Shown: positions 48,016 to 58,229 of the stretch, piece by piece
Numbering within the stretch: position 1 is the stretch's first letter
Layout of the letters: the number at the start of each line of letters is the position of its first letter
NCBI GenBank assembly: GCA_963805315.1
Contig: CAWDTQ010000010.1
Span: forward strand, 154,937 to 218,936
DNA from: an uncultured delta proteobacterium
GTDB taxonomy: Bacteria; Desulfobacterota; Binatia; Binatales; Binataceae
Length of the DNA stretch: 64,000 nucleotides
Direction of reading: 5' to 3'
Translations under genes and position numbers: made by a program
The notes under the pieces: generated by a model
Database searches by the model: none
Told to the model about the DNA's origin: nothing
Seen by the model: the letters and a program-made list of their open reading frames with translations, nothing else

Positions 48016-48981
48016 TCAGAGAACGATCTCGAGTCCGTCGTAGGCGGAGGAGACCTTTAGCTGTTGCTTTTGCTCGGGACGGCTTAGCTCTTCAAAGCGG
48101 CGCGTCTCGGCCAAGATTTTTTCGAGCGTTTGATCGTCGTTGACGGGCTCATGATGGTACATCACAAGGTGCTTGACGCCGGCGAGCTGGGCGAGCTCGA
48201 CGCCGATCATATTGCTCGAATGTCCCCAGTCCTCCTTCACAGAAATCTGATCGGCGAGTGAGTACTGAGCGTCGAAAATCAGCAGGTCGGCGTCGCGGAA
48301 GAACTCGATGAAAGGATAGCTCTCATCGAGCGCTTCGTACTTGTGCTCGGAATCTGTGGAATACACCACCGTCTTTCCGTCTTTCGAAAAACGATAACCG
48401 TAGGAATCGCCGCCATGCCTCTGCGCGATCGCCCGCACCGAGAGTCCGTCAATTTCGTAGGTGCGGCTGGGCTCCAGCACGACGAACTCGATGGTCGCTC
48501 CCAGCGTTCGGAAATCAACCGGGAACGATGGATTGGACTGCTGGCGCTCGAAGGCTTCGCGCATATTCTTGTGACAGCCGTGAATGCGAATGATATTGCC
48601 GGGAATGTAGGACGGGGTGAAGAAGGGAAATCCCATGACGTGATCCCAATGAAGATGGGACATGAAAATGTTGAAGCGATTTTTTTTGGCGAAACCAAAC
48701 TTCGCCAGCACGCTGTTGCCGAACTCGCGCGCACCAGATCCCATATCGCACAGCACGTACTCGTCGCCGCCGGTGATGATTTCGGTGCAGCTGGTATTGC
48801 CGCCGTAGGTGCCGCGAACTGAAAACGGCAGCGTGGCGTCGATGAACTTGTCGATAGCTTCGGCGCTGTCGAGGTTCCGATTACGGGCCGCCAGCAACGC
48901 CTCGCGAACTTTCGTCCGCACTGCGCGATAGTTAAGCGGCGATGGCAGCGAGCCTCGGCTTCCCCAAAAACGGATTAACAT
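48016..48981 (-). CDS. MBL-fold metallo-hydrolase (RNase Z/phosphodiesterase-like)
   Basis: FWGSRGS, YGGNTSC, SHLHWDH, DAQY, WGHSS and YHHEP motifs. Confidence 0.88.
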   Translation of the reverse strand: MLIRFWGSRGSLPSPLNYRAVRTKVREALLAARNRNLDSAEAIDKFIDATLPFSVRGTYGGNTSCTEIITGGDEYVLCDMGSGAREFGNSVLAKFGFAKKNRFNIFMSHLHWDHVMGFPFFTPSYIPGNIIRIHGCHKNMREAFERQQSNPSFPVDFRTLGATIEFVVLEPSRTYEIDGLSVRAIAQRHGGDSYGYRFSKDGKTVVYSTDSEHKYEALDESYPFIEFFRDADLLIFDAQYSLADQISVKEDWGHSSNMIGVELAQLAGVKHLVMYHHEPVNDDQTLEKILAETRRFEELSRPEQKQQLKVSSAYDGLEIVL

Positions 48982-49024
48982 CGCGGTAGGTGTCCTATGC
49001 GACCGCTTGCGGCAATCCGGTCGG

Positions 49025-49360
49025 TTAGCTCAACGCCTTGATAGCTTCAGCCGTGGTATCGAAGACCTGCACTACGAATGAGAAGCGGCTGATAGCGAAA
49101 ATTTCCTTGACCATCGGGGTAAGACCGGCGACCGCGAGACGGCCGTTGGTCGCTTTCGCCTGTTTGGAGGCCATCATAAGCGCACGCAGGCCCGCGCTCG
49201 AGATGTACTCGACGCGAGAGAAGTCGATAAGAACTTTGCTTCCGGCGGATGCGACGCTGTCGAGCAACTTGGGTTGAAACATCGTGCTCGTATCATTGTT
49301 GATGCGCCCCACCGGGATGAGGACTGTGATGTCGCCTTGGCGCTGCTCGTTGATTTCCAT
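49025..49360 (-). CDS. STAS-domain anti-sigma factor antagonist (RsbV-like)
   Basis: YISSAGLRAL with the conserved phospho-acceptor Ser. Confidence 0.9.
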   Translation of the reverse strand: MEINEQRQGDITVLIPVGRINNDTSTMFQPKLLDSVASAGSKVLIDFSRVEYISSAGLRALMMASKQAKATNGRLAVAGLTPMVKEIFAISRFSFVVQVFDTTAEAIKALS

Positions 49361-49525
49361 AACTCTCCCCCAAATTGCAGCAAAAGGCCCAAGCAGTGGT
49401 TCGATTCCGAGCTATTTTCGGCGTTTATCCGATTTTGCGCAAGCTCGCGGTCAATGCAAGCTGAAGTTCGCTGTTGCATTTGCGCGACCCGTTGCTAGTT
49501 TGAGGCCGGGCGACGCGGAGCGAAG

Positions 49526-49621
49526 ATGCAATACGACGACATTATTGTAGGCGCGGGTTCCTCGGGCGCAGTCCTGGCCGCGCGCCTGAGCGAAAATCCG
49601 AACCGCACAAGAACGAGGTGA
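49526..49621 (+). pseudogene. Truncated N-terminus of a GMC (choline dehydrogenase-like) oxidoreductase
   Basis: Translated by hand: MQYDDIIVGAGSSGAVLAARLSENPNR then TRTR*; GGAG RBS. Not in the ORF track. Confidence 0.8.
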
Positions 49622-50295
49622 TCGGAGTGTCGTTTTTGACAATCAAGCGAGAGACGGACGTCGTTGCGCTGGCAGCCTTTGTTCTGGCAGTCGCCGCGGT
49701 GATCTACCAGGTCAGCGCGTATTTTCGCGGCGCGCAGGTAACGTTATTCGGACCTGAGCAGATGCTGATCCACGGCGATAAATATCCCGACGGCCAAACA
49801 TACGTTCGATTCGCGACGCGGATGTCTTATCTGAATTCCGGCGACATAGGCTACAACGCGGTGATCGGTCGTGAGCTGCTACGGGTCGAGATCAACAACA
49901 CCGTTTACACCCAGACATGGGCGTATTTTATCCAATCCAGCTCCGCCGACGGTAAGACGCTGAGTTTGGGAGAGCAGGTGGAAGCGGTTCCTACACCGAT
50001 AAACGGTGGCGACAGCAAGACTCATGAGACCTACTTCGCTCCGTGGCCAATCGACTGCAAGGGCGCCGCTTCCGACTGCAAGCCGGAGGCGAATTTCATG
50101 CTGTGGGACACGTTCCTGAATTCCATAAAGTCGGGCGACGTTCTCAAATTTCAAATGACGGCGGAAATTTATGGGGAGAAAGCGCAGACGACTTCATGCA
50201 CTGTCGATGTAACCGCGGAATTGCTCGACCAGTTGAAGACTACACCGAACAAGTGGAGCGCTCCCGCATGCCGCGAAGCCTTGTCGTTGCACTAG
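49618..50295 (+). CDS. Hypothetical N-terminally anchored protein with 4 Cys
   Basis: One TM helix, then a beta-rich domain; no family recognised. Confidence 0.65.
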   Translation: MIGVSFLTIKRETDVVALAAFVLAVAAVIYQVSAYFRGAQVTLFGPEQMLIHGDKYPDGQTYVRFATRMSYLNSGDIGYNAVIGRELLRVEINNTVYTQTWAYFIQSSSADGKTLSLGEQVEAVPTPINGGDSKTHETYFAPWPIDCKGAASDCKPEANFMLWDTFLNSIKSGDVLKFQMTAEIYGEKAQTTSCTVDVTAELLDQLKTTPNKWSAPACREALSLH

Positions 50296-50388
50296 GCGGG
50301 CGAGGCCAATTTCGCGTTTGCAAAACATCAAGTTTTGGTGAAACGATCGGGGTTCCAAATGAAATCTTTGTTTGACGAGTCATAACCG

Positions 50389-51574
50389 ATGACTTCACAG
50401 CGCTGGAACGATGAGATGCTGGACGCGATGCGCCTGGTGGGCGACCCGCCCGCGGACGCCGCAATCGAGGCTATTTTCGCCGCCGACCAGCAAAAGGCTG
50501 TGCAATCCTTCATGACGCGGACGATGACCAACGATGCTCCTCTGCCGTCGTCGCTTCCACCCGAGCTGCGAGACTTTCTCGAAAAGAACGCGGAGTCACC
50601 GTTTGCCGATCCGGCGCGCGTCGAGGCAGCGCAGGATCTTTTCGTTGATCACGGCCCCGAAATTCTGATTACTCTCGGATGCTATGCGCTGCCCGACGCT
50701 TATGCGGCGCGCAAGGGCGTCAAGGTTCTCCATCAGACTGCCTACCTCGCCAATCGCCCCAATCGACGCTTGTTCAGAACCATGCAAATGGTGGTCGATG
50801 TGATGGAGCCGGGAGGGCTCGGTCCCCACGGACGGGGAATCCGCACCGTGCAGAAAGTACGGTTGATGCACGCGGCGATTCGTTACCAGCTGCATCACGA
50901 TAGAACCGCGAAGTGGAACGACCTCGCTTACGGGGTTCCAATCAATCAGGAGGATCTCGCCGGCACGCTTGCTGACCTTTTCCTTCCTGGCCATCGATGG
51001 ACTGCGGAAGCTTGGTGCGAACATCTCGGACAAAGCCACCCAGGCTTACTTCGATACATGGTGCGGGGTAGGCAGGCTGCTCGGTGTGCTGCCGGAAATG
51101 ATTCCGGACAGTCTCGAAGCGGCAGCCGAGTTGAAGGAGATAATCAGCCGGCGTCAGTTCGCTCCCTCGGACGAAGGGCGGGAAATGACTCGGGCGCTGA
51201 TCGTGATGCTGGAAAAGAATTCGCCGCCGATGCTGGAAAGCATACCGACCGGCCTGATGCGGCTCTTCATCCGGGCGGAGGTCGCCGACTATCTCGGGAT
51301 ACCTGATGGCCAAATGCAGAAATGTCTGGCCGGCATTACCGTGGAGTTCGCCAAATTCGTCGATCGCGACCTCGAGGATTCCCAATGGCAGGCGATGATG
51401 TTTCGCCATCATATCCTGAGCGTCATCGAGGGCATGATAAAGGTGGAGGCAGGAGACCAGCGCGACTTTTTCCGACTGCCGACCAACCTGCACCAGAAAT
51501 GGCGGGGAGCGAATCCCGAATCTGAAGAGGGTCTCTGGGGGCATCTCGCGAATTGGATCGAGTCGCGGGTATAG
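50389..51574 (+). CDS. Lcp/MpaB-like heme oxygenase (DUF2236), frameshift near 50970
   Basis: GDPPADA, KVRLMHAAIR and GVPINQEDLAGTL motifs. Confidence 0.85.
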
Positions 51575-51643
51575 GTGACGGACACCGCCAGTTGATGTTC
51601 ATCGAGCCCTACAATCCGACTACAACGGCGCCGGCAGTCTGAA

Positions 51644-54600
51644 ATGCAGTGTCCAACTTGTGGTAAGGAGAATTCCGGGTCCAACAAATATTGCTCCGAA
51701 TGCGGAGCGTCGCTGACGCGCACTTGTTCCAAGTGCGGCTCGCAAAATCCTGCGCCTTCGAAATTCTGCCACGAATGCGGCAACAGCCTTGCGCTGGAAA
51801 GCGCACTATCAGCCAAAGCCACCGCAGCGGCTCCGTCGCCTCAGGATCCGGGTATTGGCGATGGCGAACGCAAAACTATCACGGTGCTATTCGCCGATAT
51901 CCAGGATTCGATGGATCTCCTCGAGTCGCTGGATCCCGAAGATGCTCGCGGGCTGGTCGATCCTGCACTGGAGATCATGGTCGACGTGGTCCGCCGTTTC
52001 AGATGGACGTGTGGTGCAATCCACCGGTGACGGAATTTTCGCCCTGTTTGGCGCTCCGATCGCGCACGAAGACCATCCTCAACGTGCAATCTACGCGGCG
52101 CTCGAACTCCAGGAAAGAATCCGGCGCTACTCTGACTCTTTGCGCGAGTCGGGCCGTCTGCCGATCTTCGTGCGGGTTGGCGTGAATACCGGAGAGGTGG
52201 TGGTCCGCAGTGTGCGGACCGATGACGCGCGCGTCGAATATACGCCGATCGGACATCCGACCAGTCTCGCTTCGCGGTTGCAGTCGTTAGCGACGCCGGG
52301 AGCGGTGGTCGTCGGCGATCAGACTCGAAAGTTGTCGTGAAGGGTTTTTCCAGTTCAGGGAGCTCGGCCCGCGCAAAATCAAGGGCGTCAGCCAGCCGGT
52401 CATCGCCTACGAAGTCGTCGAACTTGGTCCGCTGCGAACCCGGCTGGAAGCCGCAGCGCGGCGGGGACTGGCCAAGTTCGTCGGCCGCGAGCCGGAGCTC
52501 AACGAGATGAAACGCGCGGTCGAGCAAGCCCGGTCTGGGCGCGGCCAAATCGTCGGAGTCGTCGGCGACGCGGGCGTCGGGAAGTCGCGCCTGTTTCATC
52601 AGTTCAAGACGACTTCAGGCGGCGGGTTCAAGCTGCTCGAAACGTCGGGGATCGCTCACGCAAAGGAATGGGTGTATCTGCCGTTCGTCGAACTGCTGCA
52701 GAAGTATTTCGACATTCAGCCCGATGACGACGGCGAAAAGCGCCGCCATAAAATTCAAAGCCGGCTGACCGACCTCGATGCCGGCCTGCTCGATACGGTC
52801 CCATATCTGAACGCGCTGCTCGGAGTTCCCGAGGCTGACGATCCAATAGCGGGTATGGATCGGCAGCTTCGAAAACAGCGGACTCTCGACGCGATCAAAC
52901 GCGTGCTGGTGCGCGAAAGTCTTGCGCAACCGCTGCTGGTCATCTTCGAGGATTTGCACTGGTTCGATACCGAAAGCCTGGAATTTCATGACGCTGCTCG
53001 CGGATTCTCTCGCCACCCTGCGGATACTGATGCTGGTAAACCACCGGCCCGAGTTTGCGCATCCGTCGCACGCAAAGTCGTACTATGAGCAGTTGCGGCT
53101 CGACCCGCTGGAAGCCAACAACGCCGAGGAGCTGTTGTCCGTACTGCTGACCGATGCGGTCGAGTTGCGCCCGTTCAAGGAGCTGATCATCGAGAAGTCC
53201 GAGGGCAACCCGCTCTTCATTGAAGAGATCGTGCGGGCCCTGTTTGAGAACGGAACGATTGTGCGCGAGGGCGATCAGGTGCGAGTCACCCTGCCTCGCG
53301 CCGATATTTCCATTCCTGCGACGGTCGAAGGGATCGTCTCCGCGCGCATCGATCGGCTGCCGCCGGAGGAGAAAAGCCTGCTGCAGGCGCTGGCCGTGAT
53401 CGGCGAGGAGTTTGCATTGCCTGTCGTCCGACATGCGCTCGGAAGGCCGGAGGACGAGCTGCTTGCAGGTCTGGCGTCCCTGCAAAGCGCTGAGTTTATT
53501 TACGAGCGACCGACCATCGCCCAGACCGAATACATCTTCAAGCACGCATTGATCCACGACGTCGCGTACAAATCGGTGTTGCAGGAACGCCGCAAAGCGA
53601 TCCACGGCAAAACCGCCGAGACCATCGAGACTCTGTACGCCAACCGGCTCGACGATCATCTCGACAAGCTGGTCCATCACTATCGCCTCAGCGGCAACGG
53701 GCTGAAGACCGTGCACTACCTGCATCAAGCGGGACAACACGCCTATGAGCGATCGGCGGTGACTGAAGCGCTCACGCACTTCAACGCGGCGCTTGAAACA
53801 GTCAGCAAGTTGCCCTCTGACACCGCGATCAAGGAGCTGGAACTTGCGCTACAGATAAGCCTCGGCAACTCGCTGATGTCGACCGGCGGTTACGCGGCCG
53901 AAGGTACGGCCAAAGCCTTCGAGCGCGCGAGAGAGTTATGCGGATTGGTGGGTGATAGCTCGCAGTTGGTCCCGGCGCTGTTTGGACTGTGGGCCTTCCA
54001 TAACTTCGGCGGCAATCTGAAGGTTGCGCAGGAGCTCGGCGAAGAGTTGCTGTCGATAGCCGAGCGCAGGCAGGACCCGGCGACCAGGCTGATGGCGCAT
54101 ACTTCGTTAGGCGTAACGTTTACCTATTTGGGCGAGTTGCGCCGCGCGCTCGAACACTGCACGCAGGGCGTTTCGGTCTTCAGTCCGGCGGAGCGGTTGC
54201 CTGCATTTTTGGCGCAGGCTCGTTCCTCGTGCCGCACCTGGCTGGCTCAGCTGCTCGCGCTAACTGGGCGTCCCGAACCGGCACTAAGACTCATCAACGA
54301 GGCGGTCAAGGCGGCCCGTGAGTCCAGGCAAACCGTTGCGCTCTCGAACACGCTAATCGGAGCCGGCGTTGTGGCGCTGATCCTTGCCGATTCGGCGGCA
54401 GGGAAAGCTTGGTCGGAGGAACTGATCGGCCTCGCGAAGCAAGAGAGATTCGCGCTGCCTCTGTCATGGGCGCAAATTCAGCACGGTTACGCACTGGCGC
54501 TCGAAGGCAAACCGGAGGCGGGCATCGCAGAGATGCTCGAGGGTCTCGCGTCGGTGCGCGCCGTTCACGTTCAGATCGCACTCGCGCTAAGCCTCTGCTG

Positions 54601-54985
54601 GCTATCGGAGGGCTATGTGGCTGCAGGCCAGGCGAATCACGCGCGCAAGGCTCTGGGGGACGCTTTCGCAACCATGGAGAACACTGGCGAGCGCCTGTAT
54701 GAATCCGAGTTGCACCGGGTGCGAGGTGAAATCGCGCTGATATCCGAGCCACCAGATACCACCGAGGCAGAGCGATGCTTTCGAATCGCAATCGACACTG
54801 CGCGCAGCTCCGGAGCGAAGTTGTGGGAGCTCCGCGCCGCCACCAGCCTGTCCGCGCTCCTCTCGAAGCAGGGCAAGCGAGACGAGGCAGCCGGAGCGTT
54901 GGCGCCCGTCTGTGCGTCGCTCCCGGAGGCAGACATCGCGGATCTACGCCGCGCAAAATCAATCCTCGACCGACTCGGTGCCTAG
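51644..54985 (+). CDS. Double zinc ribbon - class III nucleotide cyclase - STAND ATPase - TPR protein (frameshifted)
   Basis: 4 x CxxC, TVLFADI, TGDG..FGAPIAHED, GVNTGEV, GDAGVGKS, FEDLHW, GNPLFIEE and WELRAATSL motifs. Confidence 0.9.
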
Positions 54986-54993
54986 AACCGCTC

Positions 54994-56253
54994 GTGGCCC
55001 AAAACACATTAACGATAGTCACGCGCATCAAGCCGGGCGATCTCGACGCACTCGATCAGCTGCTCAGTAAGATCGGTCACGAGGAAGAGAAAAATGAGCA
55101 GCTTCGATTTGCGGAGATCGCGTCGCTTCACATGGCCGGGATCGCAATCGCCGCCCAGGATTCGAGATTTCCGCCGATTCTGATCTTCGATTCGAACTTC
55201 GACGGAACTGCGGACGAATATCTTCGCGCGCTGGTCGTCCACGGCCGCGCCGGAATCGACGCGATTTACAGCAAGTGCGAGGGCTATCCAGAAGAGTCCA
55301 CGCGCACCGACGCCGCGATCGTGGCCTACCTTCGCGAGCATAGCATCCCGGCGGCGGCGTTCTTCGTAGGTCTGCCCGGTCAGACAGTGGCAAGCATTCG
55401 AAATGCGATCGCGGTGCGCGAGGAGATCAATCGCTTCCTGGACGCCGAAATTGCGAAGAATTCAATTCAGGGCCTTAGCGCGTTTGCGATCCGCGATCGG
55501 ATAGTGGCTCATCTGGAGCACGACTCCCGAGTAAAGCCAGAGATTCCTCCGGCTACTTTTTCGAGTTACCGGAGGATCGCTCAACGCAACACCGCGATAG
55601 CCTCGCTCGTAGGACTTGTAGTCGGGGTAATTCTATCGCCGCTGCTCGTGGTCTGGATTCTTGCCGTGCGCTACCTGGAAGTGCATGAGCAGAGGACGCC
55701 GCAACCGCTGGATCCACAGGTCGATGAGCGCACTTACGCGATCGAAGATGCCTTCATACAAAATCATCTCGCCACGATAGGTGTAGTCAAGGACAATCCG
55801 ATTCGGCGTTTCTCAATACGCACCGCGGTCGCGATGACGGGAATCCTGTTTCAACGGATTCTGTTGCGCGGCGGCTTCGGCGGCGTCTTCACCCTGCACT
55901 TCGCGCACGTGGTCTGGCTAGATGAGGGTCGGCGAATCCTGCTGTTGACCGGCTATGACGGCAGCGCACTGGAGTATCTCGGCAACTTCACCGACACAGC
56001 CGGTTACTATCTCAACGGCGCTTACGGCAACGTCAACAACTATCCTGCGTGCAAGTGGCTGATTGGCCGAGGCGCGGCAAGCGCCAATGGGTTTGCGAAT
56101 TGGGCCAGGCAGCACATGCAATACACTCCCGTGTTCTACAGCGCTTACCCGAATGAGACCGTGCTCAACCTTATGCGCGACCTGGACATTCGCGACCATC
56201 TGGCCACCGCCAGGAGCGAGTCCGAAGTTGAGCGGCTACTCAGATTGTTATGA
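54994..56253 (+). CDS. DyP-associated protein with internal duplication and central TM helix
   Basis: GTG start; the QN..LH.A...(F/Y)DG...EYL...YP unit occurs twice; overlaps the dyp start (ATGA). Confidence 0.75.
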   Translation: MAQNTLTIVTRIKPGDLDALDQLLSKIGHEEEKNEQLRFAEIASLHMAGIAIAAQDSRFPPILIFDSNFDGTADEYLRALVVHGRAGIDAIYSKCEGYPEESTRTDAAIVAYLREHSIPAAAFFVGLPGQTVASIRNAIAVREEINRFLDAEIAKNSIQGLSAFAIRDRIVAHLEHDSRVKPEIPPATFSSYRRIAQRNTAIASLVGLVVGVILSPLLVVWILAVRYLEVHEQRTPQPLDPQVDERTYAIEDAFIQNHLATIGVVKDNPIRRFSIRTAVAMTGILFQRILLRGGFGGVFTLHFAHVVWLDEGRRILLLTGYDGSALEYLGNFTDTAGYYLNGAYGNVNNYPACKWLIGRGAASANGFANWARQHMQYTPVFYSAYPNETVLNLMRDLDIRDHLATARSESEVERLLRLL

Positions 56254-57683
56254 GTGTGAAACCTACCGGCCGCTTCGATTTTCACGATATCCAGGGACTC
56301 GTGCTCAACGCATATGGGCATCTCGACTATTCGCGATTTCTGTTCTTCAAGATTGTCGATCGCGATGCCGCAAAGCGATGGCTCATCGACATCGCGAACC
56401 GGGTCAGCTCAGCCAGGCGGCGCCGCAGCGAGGACGAGCTTCCCGGATCTCAAACGAACATAGCATTTACCCTGAGCGGCATGGAGAAACTCGGCCTGCC
56501 GCATGACGCGTTAGCAGCCTTTCCGCGGGAGTTTCAGATGGGAATGGCCGCGCCTGAGCGATCTCGCAAACTCGGCGACCTCGGGCCTAGCGCCCCGGAG
56601 GGTTGGCAATTCGGCGGGCCGAACACACCCAGTATAGATGTCCTGGTCATGCTCTATGGGCGAGACGAAACGGTCCTCGATCAAGCGACTAGCCAGGAGT
56701 TCGAGCCCACGCCCGCATCCAACGGGCTCGAAGAAGTCTTCGGCCAAACCTCGATACGTCATGGCTCGAACGAGCCGTTCGGTTTTCGCGACGGGATTTC
56801 GCAACCGGCCATCGAAGGCGCCGGGCAAAGGGTGCTGCCCGGTCAATCGATAGTAAAGGCCGGAGAATTCCTGCTCGGCCATGTAGATGAATACGGCGAC
56901 GTAGTACCGGTGCCGACGGTTTCGCGCGAGCTTGATCCTGATCGCATTCTCGCGGCGGACTCGTCGCAACCGACGCAAGGCAGCTTCGGTCTTAACGGCA
57001 GCTTTCTCGTATTGCGCAAGCTTGCACAGGATGTAGCGGGATTTCGGAGCTTTCTCGATCGCACGACGCGTAACGCCGACGGGTCATCGAATCCCGATCG
57101 AGCGAAACTCCTGTCAGCAAAAATGATTGGGAGATGGCCCAGCGGCGCGCCGCTGACACTGGCTCCTGAAAATGACGATACCGAGCTGGGAAAAAACAAA
57201 AGTCGCAACAACGATTTCGGCTTCGCCGCTTCCGATCGCGATGGCTTTGCTTGTCCGATTGGTTCTCACATCCGCAGGGCCAATCCACGCGATGCGCTGG
57301 CTTTCCCACCCGAGCCCAAGCAGTCGCTCAAAATCGCAAATCGCCATCGAATAATGCGGCGCGGAAGACCGTACTACGAATTGTCGACCGCCACCGGCGA
57401 ACTTGTCGAGCAAGGGCTTCTGTTCATCGCGATAAATGCCACGCTGCACCGGCAGTTCGAGTTCATCCAGCAGTCGTGGCTCAACAACCCGAAATTCAAC
57501 GGACTCTATGACGAAAGAGATCCGCTATGCAGCGCCAACACGGGCGATGCGATGATGACGATACAAGCCAGGCCGGTGCGCGAGCGCATCCACGGACTCC
57601 CGCGCTTCGTCACGGTGCGCGGCGGCGCTTACTTCTTCCTGCCCTCGATTCGCGCGCTCAAATTTCTTGCGCAAATTCATTGA
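56250..57683 (+). CDS. Dyp-type (dye-decolorizing) heme peroxidase
   Basis: DIQG, FGFRDGISQP (GxxDG), HIRRANPR, HRIMRRG, QFEFIQ and GGAYFFLP motifs. Confidence 0.92.
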   Translation: MSVKPTGRFDFHDIQGLVLNAYGHLDYSRFLFFKIVDRDAAKRWLIDIANRVSSARRRRSEDELPGSQTNIAFTLSGMEKLGLPHDALAAFPREFQMGMAAPERSRKLGDLGPSAPEGWQFGGPNTPSIDVLVMLYGRDETVLDQATSQEFEPTPASNGLEEVFGQTSIRHGSNEPFGFRDGISQPAIEGAGQRVLPGQSIVKAGEFLLGHVDEYGDVVPVPTVSRELDPDRILAADSSQPTQGSFGLNGSFLVLRKLAQDVAGFRSFLDRTTRNADGSSNPDRAKLLSAKMIGRWPSGAPLTLAPENDDTELGKNKSRNNDFGFAASDRDGFACPIGSHIRRANPRDALAFPPEPKQSLKIANRHRIMRRGRPYYELSTATGELVEQGLLFIAINATLHRQFEFIQQSWLNNPKFNGLYDERDPLCSANTGDAMMTIQARPVRERIHGLPRFVTVRGGAYFFLPSIRALKFLAQIH

Positions 57684-57685
57684 CT

Positions 57686-58197
57686 ATGAACACGCCGCGA
57701 TCCGAACACAGCGATAAGCGACAGAAACAGAAGCGTCGACGCGAACCCACCATACCGCCCGAGCTACGCATCAGGAAGCTGGAGCATCTGCGGAGTCATC
57801 TCCAGACAGCAATTGAAGTGGAGCATTCAACCATATGCTCCGGCGGCGCTGTAGCCTTGGCCGGCCGCTCAATGCTGAGAAACGTCTCGATCGAGTGCTT
57901 CGATAACTTTTCCAGGTTCGCCCGAAAGGCATCGTCGCTGTGCGGCAGCAAGGTCGGATACTTCGGAATGAACTGCGAGTTGTTGAGTTGCGGGCTGCCC
58001 CCAATTGCATTGAGCACATTGGCCGCCAGGATCAGATGGAGCATCTCCTCCACGACGACACTCTTGATGATCTCCGCCGCCTCCGGGTTGGAACAGTCCT
58101 TGATCGAGTAGAGGGCGCAGATGTTTTCTGTCGATAGCTCGCGCACCCCAGACTCGATCGCCTCATAAAACTGTAACAGACTGTGATAGCGATTCGA
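57686..58197. pseudogene. Scrambled ferritin-like (VioB/RebD-type) gene
   Basis: Plus strand LQTAIEVEHSTI; minus strand CALYSIK..VVVEEMLHL..ERPA..APPE and SNRYHSLLQFYEAIE. Confidence 0.8.
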
Positions 58198-58229
58198 CCG
58201 CCGGGTCGGAGTGCTAATCTAAGTAAGCC

